Under the pieces are notes generated by a model that did not search any database, was not told where the DNA came from, and saw only the letters and a list, made by a program, of their open reading frames with translations. This document shows positions 32,614-42,588 of a stretch of DNA of 53,175 nucleotides, piece by piece. Position numbers and translations under genes: made by a program. Source of the DNA: a virus (taxonomy: Duplodnaviria; Caudoviricetes); IMG/VR virus record IMGVR_UViG_3300025652_000006, positions 1-53,175 of that record, one strand, 5' to 3'. Every line of letters starts with the position of its first letter. The stretch's first letter is position 1.

Positions 32614-33129
32614 ATGGGACTCAGCACATATAAAGGCATCGACTCTGACAAGCTAGTATCAGTTAATGAGTTTCTAAAGCTGTCGGCATCGCCTTTTATG
32701 AACGTAGACGGCAGTGTTACGCCCAAGGTTTTCTCTGTCTCGCCTGCCTTACTCGGCGTCAATTTCCTGGTACTCTCTCGCCTTCTTGTACATATCGAGG
32801 ATAACGGTGCCATCACTGCGGATGACTACGGCGCACTAGCAACGTTATCCAGCGGGCTACGTATTCAGAAGACGATCGGCGGCATCACGTACAACCTGGA
32901 CGGAGGGCTACCGATCACAGGAAATACGCACTGGGCACGTCTGGCGTTTGACATGAAGGAGCACGTCTTCGGATCAGGCAATAACTTTGTGACCGCACGT
33001 TGGACCTTTGGGGCCACAGGTATTCCGATGATCCTACAAGGCGCCGATGTGCTCTTTGTAACGGTTAACGATGATTTAACGACTCTCGTCGAGCACACAA
33101 TGCTAGTACAGGGATACACACATAAATAA
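32614..33129 (+). CDS. Putative virion protein
   Basis: AAGGA ribosome-binding site; beta-rich 171 aa. Confidence 0.65.
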   Translation: MGLSTYKGIDSDKLVSVNEFLKLSASPFMNVDGSVTPKVFSVSPALLGVNFLVLSRLLVHIEDNGAITADDYGALATLSSGLRIQKTIGGITYNLDGGLPITGNTHWARLAFDMKEHVFGSGNNFVTARWTFGATGIPMILQGADVLFVTVNDDLTTLVEHTMLVQGYTHK

Positions 33130-33491
33130 TGGCATCCATCACCTGGTCAGACGTTACAGACTACGCCGCAGAGCTATCTACGGTGGCCGTAGGCGTGCAG
33201 ACAGATATCCTGGCATTGGCCAACGGGTACCTTAAAGTCGACTGTTTCGGTGGAGAGTCAGGCATCAAACTGAAGATTGCCCGGATCAATATCGCCGCAC
33301 ACTTCGGCCTAACGCTCGGCACTACCAACGGCGCCCACGGGCAAGTGCTCTCAGAAGAACTCGGAGACATGAAGCGCCAGTACGGCAAGCAAGCCATGTT
33401 CGCGGATTCGGAATTCGGGTCTACGAAGTACGGCCGTGCATATCTAACGATCCTCGCTGGCGCGAATAGCCGTGGGGGCTTTGTACTTTAG
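33129..33491 (+). CDS. Head-tail adaptor (DUF4054 type)
   Basis: AAH, SEELGD and STKYGRAY. Confidence 0.8.
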   Translation: MASITWSDVTDYAAELSTVAVGVQTDILALANGYLKVDCFGGESGIKLKIARINIAAHFGLTLGTTNGAHGQVLSEELGDMKRQYGKQAMFADSEFGSTKYGRAYLTILAGANSRGGFVL

Positions 33492-33958
33492 TGGATGTTC
33501 AAATCAACGATAAACGCTGGCGAGAGCTTGTGGCCAAGATCGGAAAAGAGATGGCTAACAAAGGCGTACGCGTTGGTGTGCTCGCTGAAAAGGGGGGCAA
33601 CGAAGATCGGGACGGCATCACCATGATAGAACTCGCTGCCATCCATGAATTCGGAAGCCAGGCCGCAGGCATCCCAGAGCGCAGCTTTATCCGGTCTGCC
33701 TTTGAGGGGTCCACTTCAGAGCATGCTCAGAGGATCATGATGGGCAAGACAATCAAAGGTGTAATTGAGGATCGTATGACGCCAGATCAGGCACTCGAAA
33801 TGCTCGGCCTTTGGGGCGTCTCGCGCATCAAAAAAGGGATCAAGGCAGGCATCGATCCGGCCAACGCTGACAGCACCGTTGCCAAAAAAGGATCAAGCAA
33901 ACCACTTGTAGACACCGGCAGGCTACTAAACGCGATCAATCATAAGGTGGAGTCCTAG
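33491..33958 (+). CDS. Neck / tail-completion protein
   Basis: AAIHEFG, IPERSFIR and KGSSKPLVDTG. Confidence 0.82.
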   Translation: MDVQINDKRWRELVAKIGKEMANKGVRVGVLAEKGGNEDRDGITMIELAAIHEFGSQAAGIPERSFIRSAFEGSTSEHAQRIMMGKTIKGVIEDRMTPDQALEMLGLWGVSRIKKGIKAGIDPANADSTVAKKGSSKPLVDTGRLLNAINHKVES

Positions 33959-34308
33959 TGCTTAGCGGTGTCCTCTCATCGTTTCAGACGGGTACGTATA
34001 CAGTGCGCAGGCGTACAGCGCGTACGCTGGTGCTAGGCGTCTCGACACCGGGAGCAGAGTCTACGTTCTCTGTCGATGGGGTAGTACAGCCTTTGACAGG
34101 ACAGCAGCTAAGCCTTTTACCTGGTGGCATGACATCACATAACACGCGCCGTATCTGGACAGAAACAGCACTACAGGCTGAGGCTGACGGTATAGGGCCG
34201 GACATCGTAGAGATCGCTGGGCAGGATTACCGCGTCTATCAGGCACAAGAGTGGACCGGCCTAGACGGTGATCACTATCGCGCACTCGTAACAACGTGGG
34301 TCGAATGA
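33958..34308 (+). CDS. Head-closure protein
   Basis: VVQPL...LLPGG; position in the neck module. Confidence 0.72.
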   Translation: MLSGVLSSFQTGTYTVRRRTARTLVLGVSTPGAESTFSVDGVVQPLTGQQLSLLPGGMTSHNTRRIWTETALQAEADGIGPDIVEIAGQDYRVYQAQEWTGLDGDHYRALVTTWVE

Positions 34309-35897
34309 GTAGATCTCTAACAACAATTCAAGCGGCGATCGCAACGTGGATCGAAGCATCCACAGGCCTGCCTACGCTATGGGCAAACCAGGACACCCCG
34401 CGCCCGCGTGAGGCGTACGTATTGGTCAACTCAACGTGTAGCCCCATCGGTCGACCGTGGGTAGACGGATCGGTAAACCCCTCACCAAGTGCAGGGGCCG
34501 AGGCTGTATATACCGCGCGCATGGTGGAGCGTCTATCGCTGACCATTCAGATTTTCAATACATCCACGCTAGGCGATGCAAGCGCGAGCGACTTGCTTAC
34601 AGGTCTTATCCTCGCGTCTGAGCTACCTACAAGGGCGGTGGCATTGGATGCGGCCGGATGGTCGCCTGCAGCTTTTGGCGATGTCACAGACGTAAGCGCA
34701 CCGAGCGGAGCGGCATACTTTGAGCCTCGCACACTGCTAACATGCTTCGGATACTCGGCACCAGAGGCCAGCGAAACTGGTACAGTCATCGGGTCCGCTG
34801 AGATCATGAATAGCGACGGGGTGATCGACTACGTTGGCACATCGTCTCGCATGAAAGCACAGGCCGCCATCGTGGCACGTGCCGAGGTGTACGCCGCAGC
34901 GTATGTGCAGGTGACAGGGATCTTGGACGGTGCAGCCGCTGTTTCCGCGCAGGCCCTAGTAGCTGCCGCTGTGAGGGCCATACTCAATGTGTCTGCCGAC
35001 GTATCCGCATCAGCAGCGGTAGCCGCATCATGTGCCGCTGTCCTACAGGCAGGCGCATCCACACAGGCACAGGCTGTAGTGGCCGCAGCGGTAGCGTCTA
35101 CACTGGTAGCGGCAGCAGCGGCCTCTGGATCCGCAACTGTGGCAGCCTCCGCCTCACTGACTTCGGCCGCACGATCTTGGACCACTGGCAGGGATTACTT
35201 TAGTTCTGCTTTCGCAACTGATGAATGGTTGATCGGCAACACAACGTACTCTAGCGGGTACGCGCCCAATGTCGGCACAGAAACGCTAGTAGACAACGGA
35301 GCTGGTGGCCTAACTGGGCAGACGTCGACTAATGTTGTCACCGGCGGGGTGGCCTGCGGTGCATGGGACTCTGTAGACACCGGTGATCGTCTTGAGTCAG
35401 ACGGGACTACGGCAGGAGACTTTAATGCACTCACGACCGACTTCGCCTTTCGGATGGTGTTCGAGGTTATCGGTGGATCGCTCCCTAACTCAGAATATCT
35501 CTTAACCAAGTTTAATACGAGCACGGGCGGTTGGCGCATCTACTCTTCGGGCGGAGAGTGGTTCTTTGGGCTTTGGGATAACTCAGGGAACACGGCGGGC
35601 GTATTCGCAGCTAACCCGGCCAGCGGGTCCTATGCAGATGGTGACACCCACTATATGACCGGCTGGGTCGATGCCAGTACCGGCACAATTTACACTAAGG
35701 GTGACCTAAGCGCGGAGGCGTCTGCCTCTATTGCTGCGGACATTGTCGACTCTACGATCACCACAGCAGCGCTGCACGTCAATGGCTACGCAAGTACTAC
35801 CGGTCTGGCCGGACTCAAGTGCATCAGCGTTTCCGTATGTGTCGGGGCGAACGCCCAGAACCTCTACGATGAGACTTTCTGGAACCACCCACCGTGA
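34305..35897 (+). CDS. Tail terminator-like domain fused to 20-aa Ala-rich repeats and a LamG/ConA-like domain
   Basis: N-terminal WANQDTPRP neck domain, Ala/Val repeats, and a C-terminal beta-sandwich (GWRIY, THYMTGWVD). Confidence 0.65.
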   Translation: MSRSLTTIQAAIATWIEASTGLPTLWANQDTPRPREAYVLVNSTCSPIGRPWVDGSVNPSPSAGAEAVYTARMVERLSLTIQIFNTSTLGDASASDLLTGLILASELPTRAVALDAAGWSPAAFGDVTDVSAPSGAAYFEPRTLLTCFGYSAPEASETGTVIGSAEIMNSDGVIDYVGTSSRMKAQAAIVARAEVYAAAYVQVTGILDGAAAVSAQALVAAAVRAILNVSADVSASAAVAASCAAVLQAGASTQAQAVVAAAVASTLVAAAAASGSATVAASASLTSAARSWTTGRDYFSSAFATDEWLIGNTTYSSGYAPNVGTETLVDNGAGGLTGQTSTNVVTGGVACGAWDSVDTGDRLESDGTTAGDFNALTTDFAFRMVFEVIGGSLPNSEYLLTKFNTSTGGWRIYSSGGEWFFGLWDNSGNTAGVFAANPASGSYADGDTHYMTGWVDASTGTIYTKGDLSAEASASIAADIVDSTITTAALHVNGYASTTGLAGLKCISVSVCVGANAQNLYDETFWNHPP

Positions 35898-35960
35898 TCT
35901 GTGCGAAACAACCTTAAAAAATACTTTTATTTATGATACCCTTACAAAAGGATTACACCT

Positions 35961-36350
35961 ATGGCAGAATTTTCTAACTATGCTGAAAACGCGGTACTAA
36001 ATCACCTACTGCGTAACGTCGCACTGACATCACCGACCACGGTGTACCTCTCCCTCTACAGTACCGATCCTACTGATGCGGACTCAGGCTCAGAGCTGGC
36101 AGCAGCCAACGGGTACGCCAGGATCGCGATCGCTTTTGACGCCCCAAGCGGTGGGGTATGTCTAAGTACAGCAGAACTTACCTTTACCGCATCCGGTGCG
36201 GACTGGTCTGCAGCCACACACATCGGCATCCACGATGCATCGACAGCGGGCAACCTCCTATTTCACACCCCTTTGGCAGCGTCACGCACCGCACTTGATG
36301 GTGACTCGATCGTCTTTGCGGCTAATGCTGTATCGGTAACCCTACAGTAA
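35961..36350 (+). CDS. Virion fibre/collar-associated structural protein
   Basis: SNYAENAVLNHLLR, YLSLYSTDPTDA, GYARIA and DASTAGNLL; widespread phage family. Confidence 0.75.
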   Translation: MAEFSNYAENAVLNHLLRNVALTSPTTVYLSLYSTDPTDADSGSELAAANGYARIAIAFDAPSGGVCLSTAELTFTASGADWSAATHIGIHDASTAGNLLFHTPLAASRTALDGDSIVFAANAVSVTLQ

Positions 36351-36351
36351 T

Positions 36352-36690
36352 ATGGCACACTTAGCATTCGAAGGCGCGGTACTCAACACTGTCACAAAGT
36401 ACGTGGCACTGCGCCCACGTGATGGGTTTGTGTCAGGTACTTTAGGGTGGCTTGACGCTACCAGCAACGCCACATGCACGCTTGAGTACACCGACAGTGC
36501 AGACGCACCGGCAGAGGCCGCAGGCGATGCTTGGCAATGGGCACCTAGTGGCGAGACCGTTACCGGCCCCGTTGCGTCGGCGGCAGGTGTCGAACTCCTC
36601 TCTTTTGCATGCCAGCACAGCAGGGCGAGACTTAAGATCGTGGCCACAGCAGACTGTGATCTATCGATCTGGGATGCACATACACCGTAA
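36352..36690 (+). CDS. Putative virion protein
   Basis: 112-aa beta-rich ORF. Confidence 0.6.
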   Translation: MAHLAFEGAVLNTVTKYVALRPRDGFVSGTLGWLDATSNATCTLEYTDSADAPAEAAGDAWQWAPSGETVTGPVASAAGVELLSFACQHSRARLKIVATADCDLSIWDAHTP

Positions 36691-36733
36691 ATTTACAGTA
36701 CCAGCATATTTCATGCTAGAATAGAGGCGCACT

Positions 36734-38053
36734 ATGGGCGACATTGACAACACCGTATCACTATCGATTCAATCTGGATCGGTATCTGTCCCACGTGCCG
36801 GGTTTGGCACCGGGATGCTCCTTAGCTACTCGGCCGCTTGGACTGAGCGCGTACGCACGTATAAAAAGCTTTCCAGCGTAGCAGCAGACTTTGCCGTTAC
36901 CACGAGTCCTGAGTACCTCGCTGCACAGGCGTACTTTAGCCAGAATCCACGACCTAAGCAACTCAAAATCGGCCGTTGCGCATTGCCGCCCACTCAGGTC
37001 TATGTGCTTACACCGGTCGCTGCTGACACTACAGACTACGTCCTAGTCGTATCTGGCGAAGGTGTCACGACTACCACGGTCACTGTCACTAGTGACGCAT
37101 CGGCAACCGTTGCCGAGATTTGCGCACTCCTTGAGACCGCTATCAACGGCGTTACCGGGATGAATGCAACGGCTGTTGACGGTACCACGGAGGTCACGAT
37201 CACAGCGGACACTGCAGGCAACTGGTTCTCTCTCGCTCCAAAGAATCCCGCACTACTTGCCGTGTCTCAAACACACGTTGACCCAGGCGTCGCTACCGAC
37301 CTTGCTGCTATTCAAACGGAAGACGCAGAGTGGTACGGGCTGCTTACGAACTACAACTCTAAGCCGATGGTACTTGCAGCCGACGCATGGATCCAAAGCA
37401 ACAAAAAAATCTACCAGGTTGCTACAAACGAAAGCCTCGCAGTCACTGGAGCCGTTGGTTCTGCCGACACTGGCGACGCTATCAAGACGCTCGTACGTGC
37501 ACGCACGCAAGCTAGCTATCACTGGAACCCTGCTGAGTTCATGTCTGCCGCATGGATGGGGCGCCTATTTGCCCTTGATGTCAATGCAGACCCTGCATTC
37601 AAGATACTCACCGGTGTTACCGTGCAGGCTTTGACCGACACACAACGGGCCAACTTGATCGCTAAGAACATGTCTTTTGTTGAGACTGTGGCGACTAAGA
37701 ACGTACCCTTTGACGGCAAGACCGGCGACGGTGATTACCTCAATGTGCAGCGTGGTCTAGACTGGCTCGATGACGACATGAAGAAAGAGGTTTTCGAAAA
37801 CCTCATCGCTCCCGATGTCTTCCCTTTCACAGACGCCGGAGGCCAGGCACTAGCTAGCGCAATGGAGGCAAGCCTAGATCGCGGCATCCAAAAAGGTGTA
37901 CTGGCTGCAGACCCTGCACCTACGGTAGTCGTGCCTCTTGTGGCAGACATCCTGGCAGCGGATAAAGACGCACGCACGTTTACAGGCCTCGAATTTACAG
38001 CGACCAAACTCGGCGCCGTACACAAGGCCAACATCGTAGGGACGGTACTATAA
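36734..38053 (+). CDS. Tail sheath protein (DUF3383 type)
   Basis: PEYLAAQAYFSQNPRP, FKILTGV, RGLDWL and PFTDAG. Confidence 0.92.
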   Translation: MGDIDNTVSLSIQSGSVSVPRAGFGTGMLLSYSAAWTERVRTYKKLSSVAADFAVTTSPEYLAAQAYFSQNPRPKQLKIGRCALPPTQVYVLTPVAADTTDYVLVVSGEGVTTTTVTVTSDASATVAEICALLETAINGVTGMNATAVDGTTEVTITADTAGNWFSLAPKNPALLAVSQTHVDPGVATDLAAIQTEDAEWYGLLTNYNSKPMVLAADAWIQSNKKIYQVATNESLAVTGAVGSADTGDAIKTLVRARTQASYHWNPAEFMSAAWMGRLFALDVNADPAFKILTGVTVQALTDTQRANLIAKNMSFVETVATKNVPFDGKTGDGDYLNVQRGLDWLDDDMKKEVFENLIAPDVFPFTDAGGQALASAMEASLDRGIQKGVLAADPAPTVVVPLVADILAADKDARTFTGLEFTATKLGAVHKANIVGTVL

Positions 38054-38054
38054 G

Positions 38055-38486
38055 ATGGCAGACTACAATCAATACGATCCGGCTCAGAACATTCTGATTG
38101 TGCATGGGCATATCATCACGGGATTTGCCCCTGGCTCTTTCATCACAGCAGAACGTGACAACGACAGCTTCACCGATGAGGTAGGCGCTGACGGTAGCGT
38201 TACACGTGTAAAGAGCCACGATAAGCGAGGCACGATCACGATCACGCTCATGGGTGAGGCACCGTCAAACAACATCCTCAGCGCTATCAACGTGGCCGAC
38301 GAGCTTATCGGCTCTGGGTCTGGCAACGTCAAACTCACGAACCTAAACAGCGCCACGGCTATCAATGCCGCTAACGGCTGGGTCATGAAACCTGCCAACT
38401 TTGAGGCCGCTGATACAACCAGCCCACGCGAGTGGAAGATCCGTTGCGCCTCTTTGTCGATGTTTATCGGCGGGGCGATCATCTAA
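38055..38486 (+). CDS. Tail tube protein (DUF3277 type)
   Basis: YDP, VGADG, GTITITL and REWKI. Confidence 0.88.
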   Translation: MADYNQYDPAQNILIVHGHIITGFAPGSFITAERDNDSFTDEVGADGSVTRVKSHDKRGTITITLMGEAPSNNILSAINVADELIGSGSGNVKLTNLNSATAINAANGWVMKPANFEAADTTSPREWKIRCASLSMFIGGAII

Positions 38487-38504
38487 ACCAGATAGAGGGA
38501 AACT

Positions 38505-38948
38505 ATGCTGATTACAACTGAGACAACGATCCGGGGCATTCGGATCATGACCACACAGCTACGTCCAATGCGTAGCTTTTCTCTTATGCCTAAGATCCTC
38601 AAGATCGTAGGCCCTGCTCTTGCTCCCCTTATGACGGGCGATGTCAAGCTAGCAGAGGATATTGACGTACTCTTTCCGTCACTCATGAGCGCGCTTGAGA
38701 ACCTAGATGCAGAGGATTCAGAGAAACTCGTAGCACGTATCTTAGAGAACACGATCGCGATCAAAGACGGCAGCAAGTACGAACTTAGCAATGATGACAT
38801 GATCAATGCTGCCTTTACCGGCGATGTTAAAGCACTACTTGAGGCTGTGTGGTTTGTGTTGAAAGCGAACTATGAGAATTTTTTCGACGCCGACTTGCTA
38901 AAAGCCGCAGCAAGTCAGCAAGCGGAGATGGCGAGCCCCTCAAGTTAA
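38505..38948 (+). CDS. Tail assembly chaperone (gpG-like)
   Basis: Lies between tube and tape measure; FVLKANYENFF. Confidence 0.8.
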   Translation: MLITTETTIRGIRIMTTQLRPMRSFSLMPKILKIVGPALAPLMTGDVKLAEDIDVLFPSLMSALENLDAEDSEKLVARILENTIAIKDGSKYELSNDDMINAAFTGDVKALLEAVWFVLKANYENFFDADLLKAAASQQAEMASPSS

Positions 38949-39118
38949 GCGACGAGTTATCAGAAGTCTGGCCCATCATGCGGCTAGTCTGCGAAGATAA
39001 ATTGGACCTAGGTATGATCGATACACCAAACATAGACGAGATCGATCTAGCCAATGAGGCGCTAGACGAGTGGCACGCTGCAGAGGCGCGCGCGCATAAA
39101 AAGGCCAATAAAAAGTAA
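38879..39118 (+). CDS. -1 frameshift extension of the tail chaperone (gpGT-like)
   Basis: Slippery T TTT TTC at 38879-38885; the -1 frame is open to TAA at 39116-39118 (...WPIMRLV...IDLANEALD...). Confidence 0.7.
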   Translation, partial: FFRRRLAKSRSKSASGDGEPLKLSDELSEVWPIMRLVCEDKLDLGMIDTPNIDEIDLANEALDEWHAAEARAHKKANKK

Positions 39119-40818
39119 TGTCAATGCAGGTAGCAGACCTATTCGCCCGCATGGGCTTTAGGGTGGACAAAGGGCAGCAAGCGAAAGCGCAAGCCTCTAT
39201 CCAGCGTTTCGGCGCAATGGCTAAGAAGGCGCTGCTGCCACTTGCTGGGCTTGCCTCAGGGGCAGCACTCTTTCAGGCGCTTCGCGGTAACCAGGAGTTT
39301 GCTAAGTCCCTGGTACGTCTTGAGATTGCGTCTAAGGGTGCGATCGGTACGAGCGACGAGCTACGTAAAAAGATCCTACAGGTCTCAGATGCCACAGGTA
39401 TCGCACGGGATAAGGTACTACAGGGCGCGGCTAGTTTCATCTCACTGACTGGCGACAGCAAGTCAGCAGCCGACCAGCTTGAGACATTCGCAAAAGTAGC
39501 GCAAGCGTCCGGTGCAGACACTGACGATGTGGCACGCTCTGCCGCTGCCATGTCTCAGAGCATGGGCATTGCATCTAAAGATTTTGAGAAAGGCTTCTCA
39601 ATCCTTATCGCAGGCGGCAAGGCCGGATCGGTAGAACTTAAAAATGTCGCTCAGGTCATGGCCAAGCTGTCGGCTGTGTCGTCTAACTTCGCAGGCGGTA
39701 CGGGCCTTGACGCGCTAGCTAGCACAAGTGCAGGGCTACAGCTTGTGACACGTGCCTTTGGTGGTGAGGCATCCGAGGGCGCCAACGCACTCCGAAAGCT
39801 CATGGGCACCATGGTTAAATCCGCCCCTAAGCTCAAAGAGGCAGGCGTCAGTATCTTCAACGTCGACCCTGAGACGGGTAAAAAGGTACGCCGCAACTTT
39901 CAAGATATCATTGAAGACATTGAGAAAAGTTCTCTGTCAAAAGATCCCACCGCGCTTGCTCAGGCGTTCGGCTCTAAAGAGGCACTCGCGGCCTACGAAC
40001 AACTCGTACTGAACAAAGACGAGTGGCGCGCCCTCACCAAAGAGGTACGCAACGCAAACGACGTACAAGAGGACTACGCCAAAGTATCTGCCAAGGCATC
40101 GATCAAGATCTCCAAGGCTTGGAACAAGGTCTCCAACCTAATCCTTAGAGGTGCTGCAGCTGTTACCGATGTCTTGATGGTGCTGGCGGGAAGCTTCGAT
40201 GCGGTCAAGGTTACGGTACTCTTAGCAGTGTCCGCATTTGCGCTATTCCGTATCGCCTCAGTGGCCGCAGCACTACAGACTGCTGCAGCATGGGCACTAG
40301 CGGCAGCGCCTATCATTCTCATGGTGGGCCTTATCGCGCTCCTGTATCTCATCGTGCAGGACTTCCTTACCTTTATGGAGGGTGGGGAATCCGTCATAGG
40401 TACGATCTGGGACGGCATCAGTCAGCACTGGAAGGATACTCTCATGGAGTTCTTTGAGTGGTTTGAGAAAAAGATCAACTCTGTTGCATTGATGGCAGAC
40501 GACTTCGTATCTTTCTTCACAGGCAGTGAGTCCAAACGAGAGAAACGCAACAAGGCCCAGGCGGCTGCCGCCACCGCACAATTCGCCAGGGACAGAAGCG
40601 GCCGCTCTTTAGAGGACCGCAACCTCCCTCCGCTGCCTGTGTACGGCCCCCCTACTCCAACACGCCCAAACACCGGGGTGATGCTTAAGCCTGACGGCAG
40701 CAACTGGGCAGAGTATCAGAATCAAAAGATCGAGATTAATGTAAACGGGGTAACCGATCCGATCGCAGTCACAGACGAGGTTGAGAAGCGCCTTAAGAAA
40801 GGGCTTAAAGACCAATGA
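39118..40818 (+). CDS. Tape measure protein
   Basis: 566 aa, Ala-rich and helical, with GKAGSVELK and hydrophobic segments. Confidence 0.88.
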   Translation: MSMQVADLFARMGFRVDKGQQAKAQASIQRFGAMAKKALLPLAGLASGAALFQALRGNQEFAKSLVRLEIASKGAIGTSDELRKKILQVSDATGIARDKVLQGAASFISLTGDSKSAADQLETFAKVAQASGADTDDVARSAAAMSQSMGIASKDFEKGFSILIAGGKAGSVELKNVAQVMAKLSAVSSNFAGGTGLDALASTSAGLQLVTRAFGGEASEGANALRKLMGTMVKSAPKLKEAGVSIFNVDPETGKKVRRNFQDIIEDIEKSSLSKDPTALAQAFGSKEALAAYEQLVLNKDEWRALTKEVRNANDVQEDYAKVSAKASIKISKAWNKVSNLILRGAAAVTDVLMVLAGSFDAVKVTVLLAVSAFALFRIASVAAALQTAAAWALAAAPIILMVGLIALLYLIVQDFLTFMEGGESVIGTIWDGISQHWKDTLMEFFEWFEKKINSVALMADDFVSFFTGSESKREKRNKAQAAAATAQFARDRSGRSLEDRNLPPLPVYGPPTPTRPNTGVMLKPDGSNWAEYQNQKIEINVNGVTDPIAVTDEVEKRLKKGLKDQ

Positions 40819-41378
40819 CATCTAGAATCGGAGATCTGGAGCTGGACTGCATTGTAAGAATTGTTCCTAACCACAGGAACGAAGCAACGATGCATCCTGT
40901 AGAGACAGGCGCTAACATCACAGATCACGTTATCGAGCGCCCTCTGACGGTAGAGGTGGTCAGTATTGTAAGCGACACTCCTATAGGGCTTGTGGCCGAT
41001 GCACGATCTGACAACTCGATACCGAGCGATATCGCGTACACCTACCTTACCCGTCTCATGGCAGACAAGGAGCTAGTATCTATCGAGTCAGGCGTATACC
41101 CTGTGTTTAAGGATATGCTCTTGCTCTCACTTACCCCACCGAAGGATGCGACCACAGGGGCAAGCTTTCGGTTTACCGCGTCTTTCCAACAGACTGTGTT
41201 CTCCACCGTTAACGTCGACGATATCGAAACACTGGTAGCCCTGCCTTTGGTAAAGAAGAAAAAACAGGCCGGTAACGTAGACACATCTGCGGATGGTCCG
41301 TCAGCAGCGGACTCTCAGCCTAAAAAAGCCGTACCAGATTCTCACCTGTTTAACGCGTTTGAGGCGGTGTTTGACTAA
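40815..41378 (+). CDS. Baseplate / tube-initiator (Dit-like) protein
   Basis: TMHPVETGANITDH motif. Confidence 0.8.
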   Translation: MTSRIGDLELDCIVRIVPNHRNEATMHPVETGANITDHVIERPLTVEVVSIVSDTPIGLVADARSDNSIPSDIAYTYLTRLMADKELVSIESGVYPVFKDMLLLSLTPPKDATTGASFRFTASFQQTVFSTVNVDDIETLVALPLVKKKKQAGNVDTSADGPSAADSQPKKAVPDSHLFNAFEAVFD

Positions 41379-41719
41379 TGCCTAGCGTAATCCCATTCAT
41401 TCCCTCTGAGGCGTTCTACACGTTCAGCACGTCTATTGATGAGGTGCAGTACATTTTCGATGTTCGGTGGAACAGCCGTGCCGGTCACTGGTACTACGAT
41501 CTTAAGGACGAGAACGGCGATGTGATCCGTAGCGGTATGCGCGTAGCGCTCGGAGCATTCCCCCTTCACAGATCCGTAGACGCCAGGGCACCGACAGGCG
41601 CTCTTATGGCCGTCGACACCACAGGGCAGGACTTAGAGGCCACCTACGACGATATGGGCGTGCGCGTGCTTATGGTGTACTACACGCTTGCCGAGATTCA
41701 GGAGTTTCTAGCATCGTGA
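41378..41719 (+). CDS. Baseplate plug-type protein
   Basis: RWNSRAGHWYYDL motif and position. Confidence 0.72.
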   Translation: MPSVIPFIPSEAFYTFSTSIDEVQYIFDVRWNSRAGHWYYDLKDENGDVIRSGMRVALGAFPLHRSVDARAPTGALMAVDTTGQDLEATYDDMGVRVLMVYYTLAEIQEFLAS

Positions 41720-42588
41720 GCGTACGGTTCGGTAGGTCGGTAGAGCTTATCTTGGCGTCTGAGCTTGGTCCTGAGGCTATTCAGATCGGTAAGCGGTTTT
41801 TCAACTCGTACACGAAACGTACGACCATTAACGGCCTGCGGGTGCGTTTTCAAGTAGAGAAGACACTCGGCAAAGACAGTAATGCGGCCACGATCCTAGT
41901 CTCGAATCTTAGTGCAGATACGCGCGCAGCATTCCAAACCAAGCCAGCACACATCACACTAAGCGCAGGGTACAAGGGTGATAACAAGATCATCTACAGG
42001 GGCGATATCAAAGACGTAGAAAGCTACCGAGAAGGCACGGACTGGGTAACGTCGATCACCTGTGGCACGGGGGCACACGCCATCAAAGGTGCACACACAA
42101 GCTTCTCATTCGGCGCCGGGACCACGGTAAAGGAGCGCCTTACAAGGCTCGCTAAAGACATGGGTCTGTCCCTGCCGACTAATGTAAAGGAGGGCAAGTC
42201 TTTTATTGAGCAAGTCTCCAGCGGCGAGGTTATGCACGGCCCTAGCATGAATATCATGAAAAGGGTAGTCGGACCGGGCTATAGCGTATCAATTCAGGAT
42301 GACAAGCTAGTGGTTCTAGAGGAGGACGGGGTACGGTTCGCTGCCGGTACACGCATCGCCCAAGACACCGGTATGATCGGCATCCCGACAATTGGGCCAC
42401 CGAGGCACGAAAAGGGGAAGCCGATTCTCACAGTCAAGACGCTCCTCAACGGGGACCTGCAGGCTGGGGGCTTCGCTCAACTACGCACAGATACCGTCAA
42501 TGGAGACTATAAGTGTGAAAGGGTTACACATTCCGGCGATACGCACGGGCAAGAATGGTACTCTAGTGTCGAGGGGCCTGCTTTATGA
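41716..42588 (+). CDS. Baseplate hub protein
   Basis: FQVEKT, NLS, LSAGY, TGMIGIP and HSGDTHGQEWYS. Confidence 0.85.
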   Translation: MSVRFGRSVELILASELGPEAIQIGKRFFNSYTKRTTINGLRVRFQVEKTLGKDSNAATILVSNLSADTRAAFQTKPAHITLSAGYKGDNKIIYRGDIKDVESYREGTDWVTSITCGTGAHAIKGAHTSFSFGAGTTVKERLTRLAKDMGLSLPTNVKEGKSFIEQVSSGEVMHGPSMNIMKRVVGPGYSVSIQDDKLVVLEEDGVRFAAGTRIAQDTGMIGIPTIGPPRHEKGKPILTVKTLLNGDLQAGGFAQLRTDTVNGDYKCERVTHSGDTHGQEWYSSVEGPAL

